In this document: positions 24,966 to 34,010 of the stretch, one piece after another
Position numbering within the stretch: the first letter of the stretch is position 1
How the letters are laid out: each line of letters starts with the position of its first letter
Source: a virus
Taxonomy: Duplodnaviria; Caudoviricetes
IMG/VR virus record: IMGVR_UViG_3300050330_000086
Location: 1 to 34,730 of that record
Reading direction: 5' to 3' (one strand)
Length of the DNA: 34,730 nucleotides
Notes under the pieces: model-generated
Seen by the model: the letters and a program-made list of their open reading frames with translations, nothing else
Told to the model about the DNA's origin: nothing
Databases searched by the model: none
Position numbers and translations under genes: made by a program

Positions 24966-25597
24966 TCCAGCCCAAGCCCTTCGACCAGCTCGTTGCCGCC
25001 GATCCGCTCGTGCCCGTGCAGGAGGCGATCGTGGCCACGCTGCGCGCGCTGCTGCCGGGCGTGAGCATCGAGGCGCATCCCGGCAAGGTCGACCTGTCGG
25101 AGCTGCTCGCCAAGTCCGTCGCCACCGCGCCCGGCATCGGCATCGGCTGGTCCCGCATCCGCAGGGCCGCCGTGCTGGACGGCTCCTTCGGGGCGGCCGT
25201 CGAGTGGGTCGCCTACATCATCGCCGAGCCTAAGATCGTCGCCGGCCGCCGCGTCGAGAAGGAAGTGGTCGGCGCCGCGATCGGCGGCCAGCTGCTGCGC
25301 ATCCTGTCGGACGATTCCGCCTGCTTTTGGGGGCGCACCGGCATCCTGCCGCCGGCGCCGGATGCGACGCCCGAGCTGAAGCCCTTCTTCACCATCAAGG
25401 ATGCCGCCCAGCAGACGGCCTATTATGTGGTGACCTGGACACAGACCATCGCCGACATCGGCGCCACGCATTTCCCGACCGCGACGGGCCGGACAGATCC
25501 CGAGCACGGCACCATCGACTACGCCGACCAGGATGCCATCGACGCCATCGCGCGCTTCCTGCCGGCGCTGGAAGTCTCGGAGGACGGCGATGCATGA
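24962..25597 (+). CDS. tail completion/terminator protein, Mu gp37-like, 211 aa
   Basis: ATGA-coupled; HPGKVD...AP; YVVTWTQ; synteny. Confidence 0.7.
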   Translation: MIQPKPFDQLVAADPLVPVQEAIVATLRALLPGVSIEAHPGKVDLSELLAKSVATAPGIGIGWSRIRRAAVLDGSFGAAVEWVAYIIAEPKIVAGRRVEKEVVGAAIGGQLLRILSDDSACFWGRTGILPPAPDATPELKPFFTIKDAAQQTAYYVVTWTQTIADIGATHFPTATGRTDPEHGTIDYADQDAIDAIARFLPALEVSEDGDA

Positions 25598-26126
25598 CGC
25601 CGCGACCGAGGAGATCAGGTATCTCCACAAGAAGGTGGCCGCCGCCGACCGGCGCATCGCCTTGCAGGCGCTGCCGGGCAAGGTTGTCGAGGTCGATCCC
25701 GAAAAGCGGCTCCTGCGGCTGCGCATCGGCACCACGTCGAAGGGCGAGCCGATCCTGGGACCCTGGGGGCGGTGGGAGGAGCCGGCCGCCGGCGGCATGC
25801 GCGTCCATAGCGAGCCGGCGATCGGCGAGCAGATGGTGCTGTGGAGCCAGTCCGGCACGGTCGGCCCGGCGTCGATCGCGCGGCCCGGCACCTATGACAA
25901 GGATCATGACGCGCCGTCGAAATCGTCCACCGTCGCGGTGATCGAGTGCGGCGGCGACCGCATCGAGATCGGCGGCGGCGCCATCAGGTTTATTTCGCCC
26001 AAGATCGTCTCGGACGGCGAGACGCATCTCGGCGGCGAGGGCGGCCAGCTGCTGCACCGAAAGGGCGACGCCGACAGTGACGGCGACGTGGCCATCGGCA
26101 GCGCCACCCGCGTGTACGCAGTTTGA
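25590..26126 (+). CDS. baseplate spike protein, P2 gpV-like, 178 aa
   Basis: OB-fold N-terminus (GKVVEVDP...PAIGEQMVLWS), short beta C-terminus ending HRKGD. Confidence 0.85.
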   Translation: MHDAATEEIRYLHKKVAAADRRIALQALPGKVVEVDPEKRLLRLRIGTTSKGEPILGPWGRWEEPAAGGMRVHSEPAIGEQMVLWSQSGTVGPASIARPGTYDKDHDAPSKSSTVAVIECGGDRIEIGGGAIRFISPKIVSDGETHLGGEGGQLLHRKGDADSDGDVAIGSATRVYAV

Positions 26127-26141
26127 CCAGGAGACCCTGAA

Positions 26142-26390
26142 ATGGACCGCCAGAACTACCGAGTGACCGATCTTGCCGGCACCCACGTCGCCGGCCGGCG
26201 TATCGTCGACCGCAACGCGCTGCTGCCGCTGACCGAGGACGAGGCGCGGCTGGAGCTGCTCGCCGGCACCATCCGGCCTGCCGATCCGGTCGGCGCCGAA
26301 CTTGAGCGCATCGAGGCGAAACCCGGCGAAGGTGAGGCCGCTCTCGGCGAGCCGGACGCGCCACCGGCCAGGCCCGCGAAGCGCCGTTGA
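26142..26390 (+). CDS. small hypothetical tail-region protein, 82 aa
   Basis: CAGGAG RBS; lies between V and W. Confidence 0.7.
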   Translation: MDRQNYRVTDLAGTHVAGRRIVDRNALLPLTEDEARLELLAGTIRPADPVGAELERIEAKPGEGEAALGEPDAPPARPAKRR

Positions 26391-26404
26391 AGGAGCTTTG
26401 AAGC

Positions 26405-26803
26405 GTGGCGCAGGCAATCAGATATCGGACCGGGCTCGACGGGCGCACCGGCAAGGCGCTGACCGGCCAGGCGCACCTGATCCAGTCGCTGGAGACGATC
26501 TGGACGACGCGCCGCAACCGGCGCGTCATGCTGCTCGACTTCGGCTCCGACCTGCGCGGCCTGCTATCCGAGGATCTGACTCCGGCACTCGCCCTTGAGA
26601 TCTACAACGAGCTCGCCGTAGCGGTCGAACGCTGGGAGCCGGAATATCGCATCGACTCCATGCAGTTCGTCTCGCTCACCCAGGATGGCGCGCTCGGCCT
26701 GCGTCACTCCGGCCTCTATTTCCCGGAAGGGCGCTTCGGAAACTACACCATCGCCGTCCCGCTTCAGGCGACGCCCCGGCGCTTCGGGAGGGCCGAGCCG
26801 TGA
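26405..26803 (+). CDS. baseplate wedge protein, gpW/gp25 family, 132 aa
   Basis: HLIQSLETIWTT, RV...DFGS.L and AVERWEP. Confidence 0.9.
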   Translation: MAQAIRYRTGLDGRTGKALTGQAHLIQSLETIWTTRRNRRVMLLDFGSDLRGLLSEDLTPALALEIYNELAVAVERWEPEYRIDSMQFVSLTQDGALGLRHSGLYFPEGRFGNYTIAVPLQATPRRFGRAEP

Positions 26804-27657
26804 GCGTCATCGACCTGTCCCGCCTGCCGGCGCCCACGCTGGTCACGGTCGACTATCAGGCCATCAAGGCCGCTCGCCTCGCCTCGCTCAAGGCGCGGCT
26901 TGAGAGCGCCGGCCTGCCTTACGACGTCGAGACGATCGAATCGGACTGGGGTCCCGTCCTCCAGGAAGAGGACGGGACGCGCCAGATGCTCGACCTCCAG
27001 GCCATCAACGACATGGCCAAGGCCCTGACGCTGGGCTACTCCAAGGGTGCCGACCTCGACCGGCTGGCGGCGACGTTCTATGCCGATCTCGGCCTGGAGC
27101 GTATGGATGGCGAGCTCGACGATCGCTTCGAGCGCCGCATCCTCTTGGCGGCCGAGGCGCTTGCCGGCGCTCTGACGGGTGGCGGTATCGAGTATCGCGC
27201 GCTGACCTACGACCTGCGCATCATCGACGCCGTCGCCTATGAGGTCGGACGCGGCGCAAACCGCTGCGTGCTGCTGATCGAAGACGGCGCGCCGGCCGAG
27301 GCGATCCGGGCTGGGGTCCTGGCACGGCTGCGCGAGCCGAAGCTGCGCGGCACCGCAGAGCTTGCGGTATCGCTGGCCCGCCCGATAGAGGCGCGCCTTG
27401 CAGTCAGGCTCCAGCATGGGCGCGGCCCCGATCCCGAACTGCTGAAGGCGGAATCGCTGAAGGCTCTCGGCGCAGTAAAGGCTCGCGTCGAGCGCAAGAT
27501 CGCCGCACCGCTGACCACGGACGAGATCATCGCGGAAGGGCGTGTCGGCGGCGTCTCGAAGCTGATCCTGGACGAGCCGGCCGCCGACCTGATCCCTGGA
27601 CGTGACGGTGTCCTGCGCATCGTCGGCATAGACGTGCGCACGGAGCTGGCGTCATGA
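26800..27657 (+). CDS. baseplate J-like protein (P2 gpJ type), 285 aa
   Basis: IDLSRLPAP N-terminus, GADLDRLAA and GELDDRFERR. Confidence 0.9.
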   Translation: MSVIDLSRLPAPTLVTVDYQAIKAARLASLKARLESAGLPYDVETIESDWGPVLQEEDGTRQMLDLQAINDMAKALTLGYSKGADLDRLAATFYADLGLERMDGELDDRFERRILLAAEALAGALTGGGIEYRALTYDLRIIDAVAYEVGRGANRCVLLIEDGAPAEAIRAGVLARLREPKLRGTAELAVSLARPIEARLAVRLQHGRGPDPELLKAESLKALGAVKARVERKIAAPLTTDEIIAEGRVGGVSKLILDEPAADLIPGRDGVLRIVGIDVRTELAS

Positions 27658-28904
27658 ACGATGCTGTTGCGCTCAATCCATATGGCGACATGGCCTGGGC
27701 GCGCGCGGTCGCGCTCGCCAGCGCCGAGCAGCGGCCGATCCCGTACCACCTGCTCAAGGACATCCGCGATCCCTGGCGCTGCCCCGAGCAATTTCTGCCG
27801 TATCTCGCCCGCGCCCTGGGCGTGCGCTTGTGGTCGGCGGATTGGCCGCTGGAAAAGCGGCGCTATGTGGTCGCCAAGGCCAAGGAGCATGCCCGCGCCG
27901 CCGGCAGCGAATGGCTGGCGGACGAGTATGCCGCCCTGGTCGATGCCGAAATGCTGTCCTATGTGGCGCGGCCGCAGGGCGTCTACCCGATCGAGGAATG
28001 GACCGACGCCGAGCGCGCATCGTACCTCGCCCAGCTCGACCAGGTGCGCATTCATCGCTTCTATCCGGTGGACCTGGAGGCTGACGGCTTCTTCGCCCGC
28101 GACAGCTTCTGGGCCGAGGACTTCTTTGAAAGCGAACCGGCCTGGCATGGCTATCGCAAGCATGCGGTGCTGCGGCGCGCCGATGGCACCGAGATCGACC
28201 TCGATATCCAGTGGCAGCAGCAGGTCAGCGCCGAGGGCACCAGCACCGAGATCGAGACGATCGTGCTGCCGGGCGAGCCGGATGCCGGCCTCTATGCCGA
28301 TGCCGGCTTCTTCGACGAAGATTTCTTCGACGTCGCCCATGTCGGCGACCGGCTGATCCAGGTCACCACGGCCGGCGCCTATCACTATTCCTACGGCCGC
28401 CTGCAGTTCGGCGTCGTTTTTCCGAAGGGGCTGGACGTCGGCGTCGAGCCGGAACTCATCTTCGAGACCATGCCGGCCGACGGCTGCGGCACATTCGCGT
28501 CCGACGATTTCTTCGGCGACGGCTTCTTCATGCCGGACGAGAGCTGGCAGCAGGTTTACGAGCGCTACTATCTCAACAATTCGTCGGTGAACCTCGACCC
28601 CCTCCAGACGGCCGGCTGCTACTACGACGACGCCTGGTACGACTGGGAGCCGTTCACGGCTCTCGTCACGGCGGAACTGACCGGGGCACAAGCGGAATTC
28701 GGCGCCGACGAGGCGTGGGATTTGGGCTTCTTCCTCCCGCCCGAAATCGAAGACTACTGGCAGCTATGCGATGCCGTCCACGCCTCGAAGGCGCTCGGCG
28801 ACACCCTCTATCTCGACACCGCCACCCACCGCTGGCCGCACCTCGGCGACCGGCTCCCGCTCGACGGCTCCTGGTCGCTCGGCGAAATGATCAACGACAG
28901 GTGA
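27654..28904 (+). CDS. tail protein I (P2 gpI-like N-terminus) with long acidic/aromatic extension, 416 aa
   Basis: DPWRCPEQFLPYLARALGV..W..DWP...KR. Confidence 0.85.
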   Translation: MNDAVALNPYGDMAWARAVALASAEQRPIPYHLLKDIRDPWRCPEQFLPYLARALGVRLWSADWPLEKRRYVVAKAKEHARAAGSEWLADEYAALVDAEMLSYVARPQGVYPIEEWTDAERASYLAQLDQVRIHRFYPVDLEADGFFARDSFWAEDFFESEPAWHGYRKHAVLRRADGTEIDLDIQWQQQVSAEGTSTEIETIVLPGEPDAGLYADAGFFDEDFFDVAHVGDRLIQVTTAGAYHYSYGRLQFGVVFPKGLDVGVEPELIFETMPADGCGTFASDDFFGDGFFMPDESWQQVYERYYLNNSSVNLDPLQTAGCYYDDAWYDWEPFTALVTAELTGAQAEFGADEAWDLGFFLPPEIEDYWQLCDAVHASKALGDTLYLDTATHRWPHLGDRLPLDGSWSLGEMINDR

Positions 28905-28911
28905 GACCATC

Positions 28912-31446
28912 ATGGAAAAGCAGATAATCGTTCGCGAACGGCAGCGCTTCCTCTCCTCGGACATGACCGACATGCAGGGCGGCCTGCGCGAGACGTTCGA
29001 CGAGCTTATCAGGCAGGCAGTCGGGCCGGGCAACTATTATTCCGGCTTCGGTGCCACCGGCTCACTGTTCGAACTGACCCTGCAACCTGGCCGCATCTAC
29101 ATGGCCGGCGCCATGTACCGCCGCACGACCACGACGGTCTTCGCGCAGGAGCTTTTCAACGCGCGCCCGCTCGCGCAGAAGCGCATCGTGGCGGTTGTCG
29201 CATGGGGCCAGGACATCGAGACCACGGAAAGCGGAGCCCCGACAGAGCCGCGTCAGTTCGTCGTCAATACGACCACGCGCGAAACGCAGGTCCAGCAGGT
29301 CTCCACGCGCTCGATCCGCTCCGTGCAGCTTGACCTCGTGGCCGGTGTCGAGGCCGCCCAGCCGGTGGTGCCCGCGATCGGCGCCAATGCGATCCTGATC
29401 GCGACCGTCCTGCTCAACAACGCCGGCATCGAAGCCGTGGCCATGAACCCCGCCGCCGTGCTTCCGCAGTCGGAGCGCAATGCTGTGGCGCTCGCCGTGC
29501 TTCAGGATTTTCTCGAAGCGCAGGTGCTGCGCATCAACACGCTGGTGTCCGACCAGGCCGCAATCCGCGCGGCGATGGAGCAGTTGGCCAGCAAGACCTC
29601 CGTCGCCGCCGTGCGCGTGCTCGCCGAGACCGCGCTTGAGCGGGCCAATGCAGCCTATGCCATCGCCTCCAATCTCGATACCGGCGCCGGCTCCGAGTTC
29701 CTCCGCGACTTCGAGGATCACTATGCCGATACCCGGCTCACCGACGTGCTGGTTGCCGGCTATGCCGCCGTCGTCGATTACGGCCTCGGCTTCCCGGCCG
29801 GCTCGTCGGCCACACTGACCAACGGCGTCGAGCTGTTCAATCCGATCGAGCCCAAGGTCAAGGTCGACAACGACCTCATCCTGCCGGCCTTCGCGCACCG
29901 ACTGCGCATCGACACGTTCGGGCAGGGCAAGGTCGCGCGGCAGGCGGCCTTGCAGTCCTACACGTCCGGCACGCACCAGGTGCGCACGACCGTGCCGCCG
30001 ACCAAAAAGACCGTCTACGAGACCCGGCAGGTGACGGCCGTCTTCTATTTGCCGCTCGCCGGCAACCCCACAAAGCTGTTCGGCATCACCTTCGATTTCG
30101 GGAACGATACCGGGCTTGCGACCAACGAAATCCCGCTGACCAAGCAGACCACCGATTGGGCGCTCGCCAATATGTCGGCCGTCTATCGCGACGGAACCAT
30201 GTTCCCCGATCTGACCATCACCAAGATCAAGGCCAAGGTCGCGACGGACGATGGCGGCAGTTCGACGCCGCCCTACAAGTACAAGCTCACCGTCAACGTC
30301 ACCTTCACTTACACGAAAAAGCTGGTCGAAAGCTCCGGCGGCCAGGACTATGTGCAGGATGTCGTCACCACGGCCGAAGGCCAGGGGCGCGGCGAGACGT
30401 GGCTCCAGGAGCGCGACGGCTGGCTGACGCAGGTCGGGCTCTTCTTTACCTCGAAAGGCCCCTCCGGCGACGTCAAGCTGCTGATTACCGAGGTCGACGA
30501 TGCCGGCTCGCCCGCCCTCGACCGCGCGCCTGTCGTGCGCACCATCCCTTACGCCGACATCAAGACCGCGCCGATGGCGACGGCCTCGCCGGATGGCATC
30601 GAGACCCTCGTCACCATCCCGCCCGTCCTGCTGAGCGGCGGCCGGCGCTATGCCGTCGACCTGATCAGCAACGGCAATCACTACGTGCGCATGACCGAGG
30701 GCGTCGGCTCCATCACCCAGGGCGAGCATTGGGCGCTGTCGGACGCCAACAAGTGGGTGCGGCCGCAGCTTGAAACGCCGCAGACGATGGCGATGCGGCT
30801 CTATTTCGCGCAGTTCGCGAGCACCAAGGTCGAGGTCGACCTCAAGCCGCTGGCGCTGCCGGGCGGCATCCACGATGTCGCGGTGCAGGCGCAGATGGTC
30901 GTGCCGTCACTCACCGCGCTCGCTTTCGAGGTCCAGCCGGACGGCGCCAACTGGCGCGTGCTGGGGCCGACCTCGGGCCAGCGCATCGCCGCCGATCTCA
31001 CCGGCAATCCCGAACTGATGCCCTTCCGCGTCGTCTTCGAAGGCACGCAGGACATCATGCCCGCGCTGTCGCGCGGCTCGGCGAAGTCCATCGTCAAGGT
31101 CTCCAAGCCCGCGCTCGCGTTCACGCACTTTTCCACCGTCATCGATGTCGGCGCCGGCAACACCGCCAACATGGTCAAGGTCATCAACGTGCTGCGCGGC
31201 TACAAGGAGGACGAGCACGATTTCACGGTGACGCTGATCTGCGATCCGCGCGGCGCCGCCACGGTCGAGACGGCCGACGCGGTGACCGATGTCGAGCTGC
31301 CCAACGGCGCGATCAGCCGCACAAGCGTGTTCAACTTGGCCGCCGGCCAGCGGACCTTCCGCGTCAAGAGCGTCGGCGCGTCCTCCGGCAACGCCAAGGA
31401 CCTTTACCGCGTCGAGAGCATCTACGCCGCCTTCTTCGACGTGTGA
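28912..31446 (+). CDS. large baseplate/tail-fibre-anchoring structural protein, 844 aa
   Basis: Long clean ORF after gpI; beta-rich with a central coiled coil; GETW...GWLTQVGLFFT motif. Confidence 0.8.
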   Translation: MEKQIIVRERQRFLSSDMTDMQGGLRETFDELIRQAVGPGNYYSGFGATGSLFELTLQPGRIYMAGAMYRRTTTTVFAQELFNARPLAQKRIVAVVAWGQDIETTESGAPTEPRQFVVNTTTRETQVQQVSTRSIRSVQLDLVAGVEAAQPVVPAIGANAILIATVLLNNAGIEAVAMNPAAVLPQSERNAVALAVLQDFLEAQVLRINTLVSDQAAIRAAMEQLASKTSVAAVRVLAETALERANAAYAIASNLDTGAGSEFLRDFEDHYADTRLTDVLVAGYAAVVDYGLGFPAGSSATLTNGVELFNPIEPKVKVDNDLILPAFAHRLRIDTFGQGKVARQAALQSYTSGTHQVRTTVPPTKKTVYETRQVTAVFYLPLAGNPTKLFGITFDFGNDTGLATNEIPLTKQTTDWALANMSAVYRDGTMFPDLTITKIKAKVATDDGGSSTPPYKYKLTVNVTFTYTKKLVESSGGQDYVQDVVTTAEGQGRGETWLQERDGWLTQVGLFFTSKGPSGDVKLLITEVDDAGSPALDRAPVVRTIPYADIKTAPMATASPDGIETLVTIPPVLLSGGRRYAVDLISNGNHYVRMTEGVGSITQGEHWALSDANKWVRPQLETPQTMAMRLYFAQFASTKVEVDLKPLALPGGIHDVAVQAQMVVPSLTALAFEVQPDGANWRVLGPTSGQRIAADLTGNPELMPFRVVFEGTQDIMPALSRGSAKSIVKVSKPALAFTHFSTVIDVGAGNTANMVKVINVLRGYKEDEHDFTVTLICDPRGAATVETADAVTDVELPNGAISRTSVFNLAAGQRTFRVKSVGASSGNAKDLYRVESIYAAFFDV

Positions 31447-31463
31447 TCTCAGGAGCCACCAAC

Positions 31464-31637
31464 ATGACCAAGACCAAGACCGAAGCCGCCGCGCCGGAGT
31501 TCTACCGGGTGACAATCAAGCCCGGCGAGCTCATCCGCGTCGGCGGCCTGGCGCTGCGCCCCGACCGCCCGCACCGCGTCTCGGCGCGGGTCTACGAGGC
31601 CAACAAGGACAAGATCGAGACCCATGAGGCGCTTTGA
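31464..31637 (+). CDS. small hypothetical protein, 57 aa
   Basis: CAGGAG RBS, start MTKTKTEAAAPEFYRV. Confidence 0.7.
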   Translation: MTKTKTEAAAPEFYRVTIKPGELIRVGGLALRPDRPHRVSARVYEANKDKIETHEAL

Positions 31638-32901
31638 CAGCACCTACAGGCTGGGCGAGAAATCGCTCGCCATCCCGGATACGTTCAATACAATATTCCG
31701 GGATGTCGACAGCCGCCTGCATGCCCAGGAGGAACTGCGCGGCGACATCGAGGCGCTGCGCAATACGCTGATCGCTCAAACAGCCTCGCGCATCGACGAA
31801 TACATCCTGCCGGCGCTGGCCTACATCCAGACGATCCAGGCGGGCGGATTTATGGTCGCCCCGATCGCCGACAATTCGGCGGTGGCGTTCGAAGAGGGCG
31901 CCGTCGACATCGCCATCGACCAGGAACTCAAGGCGATCTTTCGGCCCACGCCCTACGTCGCCCTGGTTCGCGGCGCGTCAGCCGACGATTGGGCCGTCGC
32001 CCAGGTGCTCGGCTACGATGCCGAGGCCGGCGTGCTGGCGCTCGACATCGTGGCGGTCTCCGGTTCGGCCGGGCCGCATGAGGATGTCGTGGTCACGGCC
32101 ACGTCCGGCTCGGTCATGGCGCAGATCGCATATCTGGCCGAGACGCGCGCGGCACGAAATGCCGCGATCGCCGCGCGCGACAGCGCGCAGGACCTGCGCG
32201 ACGCGGTGGATGGACTGACAAGCACCGCCTCCGATGCGGCCGGCGCAGCGACGGCCGCCGCCGGCGTCTCGGTGGCCGCTCGCGACAAGGCGTCGCGCTG
32301 GGCCGAGGAAGCCGAGGATGTCGAGGTCGATGGCGGCAAATACTCGGCCAAGCACCATGCCGCAAAGGCGGCGGCCTCGGCACTTGCCGCCGCGACGTTC
32401 GATCCGGGCAGCTACTACACCAAGGCGGAAACCTATTCGCAGTCCGAGGTTGATGGAGCTCTTGATGCAGTCGACCTCGTGCTTGGCACGAAGGCCAACA
32501 CCGGCGATCTCGGCGCCGCCGCCGGCCGGGGCGTCGCCAGTACCGCCGATATCCAATCGCTGTCGGGCAATGGGCTGATCGCTCCGGGCGATGTCGCGTC
32601 GGCGTTGGCGGCAACCACGCCGTCCGGCGGCAGCGACTGGACGCCCGCGTGGGGTGGCTTCGTGGCGGCGACGTGGACCATCACCGCCAATCGGACCCTG
32701 GCCAATCCGACAGGTGTCATCCCGGGTACGACGCGCGCCGTGACCGTCAAGGGCAGTTCCGGCACCGTGCGCACGATGTCCTTCGGCTCCAACTTCAAAG
32801 GCAACCTGCCCACGGTCCAGGTCTCGAACGCTGCTTTCATGACCTTGTTCCTCTACGCCGTGTCGGCGACCGAAATCCTCGTGTCGGACAAGAGTTGGTG
32901 A
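31624..32901 (+). CDS. tail fibre protein (proximal part), 425 aa
   Basis: Ala-rich coiled coil, YSAKHHA, YTKAETYSQSEVD fibre motif, ITANRTLANPT C-terminal domain. Confidence 0.8.
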   Translation: MRRFDSTYRLGEKSLAIPDTFNTIFRDVDSRLHAQEELRGDIEALRNTLIAQTASRIDEYILPALAYIQTIQAGGFMVAPIADNSAVAFEEGAVDIAIDQELKAIFRPTPYVALVRGASADDWAVAQVLGYDAEAGVLALDIVAVSGSAGPHEDVVVTATSGSVMAQIAYLAETRAARNAAIAARDSAQDLRDAVDGLTSTASDAAGAATAAAGVSVAARDKASRWAEEAEDVEVDGGKYSAKHHAAKAAASALAAATFDPGSYYTKAETYSQSEVDGALDAVDLVLGTKANTGDLGAAAGRGVASTADIQSLSGNGLIAPGDVASALAATTPSGGSDWTPAWGGFVAATWTITANRTLANPTGVIPGTTRAVTVKGSSGTVRTMSFGSNFKGNLPTVQVSNAAFMTLFLYAVSATEILVSDKSW

Positions 32902-33374
32902 TGGACTTCCTGGGGCCGACCAACATGATGTCCGGCGCCGTGATCCCGGCTGCCCCGTTCTCGCTGAACGGCAGTTGGGAAACCGGAATGGAAGGCTGGA
33001 GCAGCCCGCAAGAGGTCCCGCGCGGCAATGATCCGGGCACCGCAAGGACCGGAAGCTATCGGTGGGGTGCGGTCGGCGCAGAGCCCTTCTATTTGGACCT
33101 GGCGTTGCCGGCTGCAACGGCGCGGGGTCTCAGGATCACCGCCTCCGTGTATCAGCGCAGCACTGATGCTGTAATCTCTTCCACCCGTTCGCTCCAGTAT
33201 CGGATCGGCGCTGGATCGTTTGTCACCCTCGCATCTGTCACCAACAATCTAACCAGCTACGCCCTGCTTTCCGGGAATTTCCTGAACAACGCCAACGCAT
33301 CGGTCACGATACGGCTCGCGGCAGCAAACCGAGGCTATTTTGATGATTGGGCCATCAGCGGAGAGTTGCCATGA
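32901..33374 (+). CDS. putative receptor-binding/carbohydrate-binding beta-sandwich protein, 157 aa
   Basis: TGATG-coupled; NGSWETG..GW, ARTGSY and YFDDWAI resemble CBM4/9-type jelly-rolls; lower GC3. Confidence 0.7.
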   Translation: MDFLGPTNMMSGAVIPAAPFSLNGSWETGMEGWSSPQEVPRGNDPGTARTGSYRWGAVGAEPFYLDLALPAATARGLRITASVYQRSTDAVISSTRSLQYRIGAGSFVTLASVTNNLTSYALLSGNFLNNANASVTIRLAAANRGYFDDWAISGELP

Positions 33375-34009
33375 TCCCCGTCCATAAGCCGGCCGACACT
33401 TGGGAAAAGATCGAAGGCGATCCTACGCTCGACAGCCTCGACGGATCGTCCCGCGCCACGCTGTCGACCATCCTTTCCGATGGCTGGCCGGATGGCTACG
33501 CCGAGAGCTTCGGCGTCCACCTCGTCGATATCACGGCGCCGGACGGCCAGCGCTGGACAGGCGAATTCGAGGATGTCGACGGCGTGCCGGCGGCGGTGTT
33601 CGCGGCGCTCACGCTTGACGAGCGCAAGGCCGCGCTGCGGGAGGCCGTCAATGCCAAGCTCGACGCCATCCTGACCGGCGGCTACACCGTCCAGTCCGGC
33701 GCGATGGCGGGCAAGGTGCTGCAAACCCGCAACCTCGAAGACCGCACCAACTGGCTGGTCTCGCAGGCGAGCTATTCCGCCGCCGTCGCGGCCGGTCAGG
33801 GTGCGGTCGAGGGTGCCAAGTTCCGCACTGCCGACAATGCCACCTACAAGCTGACCTTCGCGGACGGGCTCGCCGTGCTGCTTGCCATGGCAGCGTGGGG
33901 CACCGCCTGCATGGACCATAGCTGGGCGCTCAAGGATGCGATCGCGGCCGCCGAGGACGGCGCGGCGCTGGACCTGATCGACATAGAGGGCGGCTGGCCC
34001 GGAGTCTGA
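33371..34009 (+). CDS. DUF4376-like tail fibre assembly protein, 212 aa
   Basis: LQTR..EDRTNWL, FRTADNA, WALKDAIAAA...IDIEGGWP. Confidence 0.75.
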   Translation: MIPVHKPADTWEKIEGDPTLDSLDGSSRATLSTILSDGWPDGYAESFGVHLVDITAPDGQRWTGEFEDVDGVPAAVFAALTLDERKAALREAVNAKLDAILTGGYTVQSGAMAGKVLQTRNLEDRTNWLVSQASYSAAVAAGQGAVEGAKFRTADNATYKLTFADGLAVLLAMAAWGTACMDHSWALKDAIAAAEDGAALDLIDIEGGWPGV

Positions 34010-34010
34010 C

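Noticed and set aside
2700-30873. Many long minus-strand and off-frame ORFs in the track (e.g. 3765-5222, 22483-24396, 27237-28691, 29062-30873)
   Set aside because: Shadow ORFs of high-GC3 genes; Arg/Ala/Gly-rich, no motifs, fully overlapping well-supported + strand genes
32901-33374. DGR variable region (AAC-rich codons in the fibre tip)
   Set aside because: No reverse transcriptase and no near-identical template repeat seen in the window; the Asn content fits a beta-sandwich
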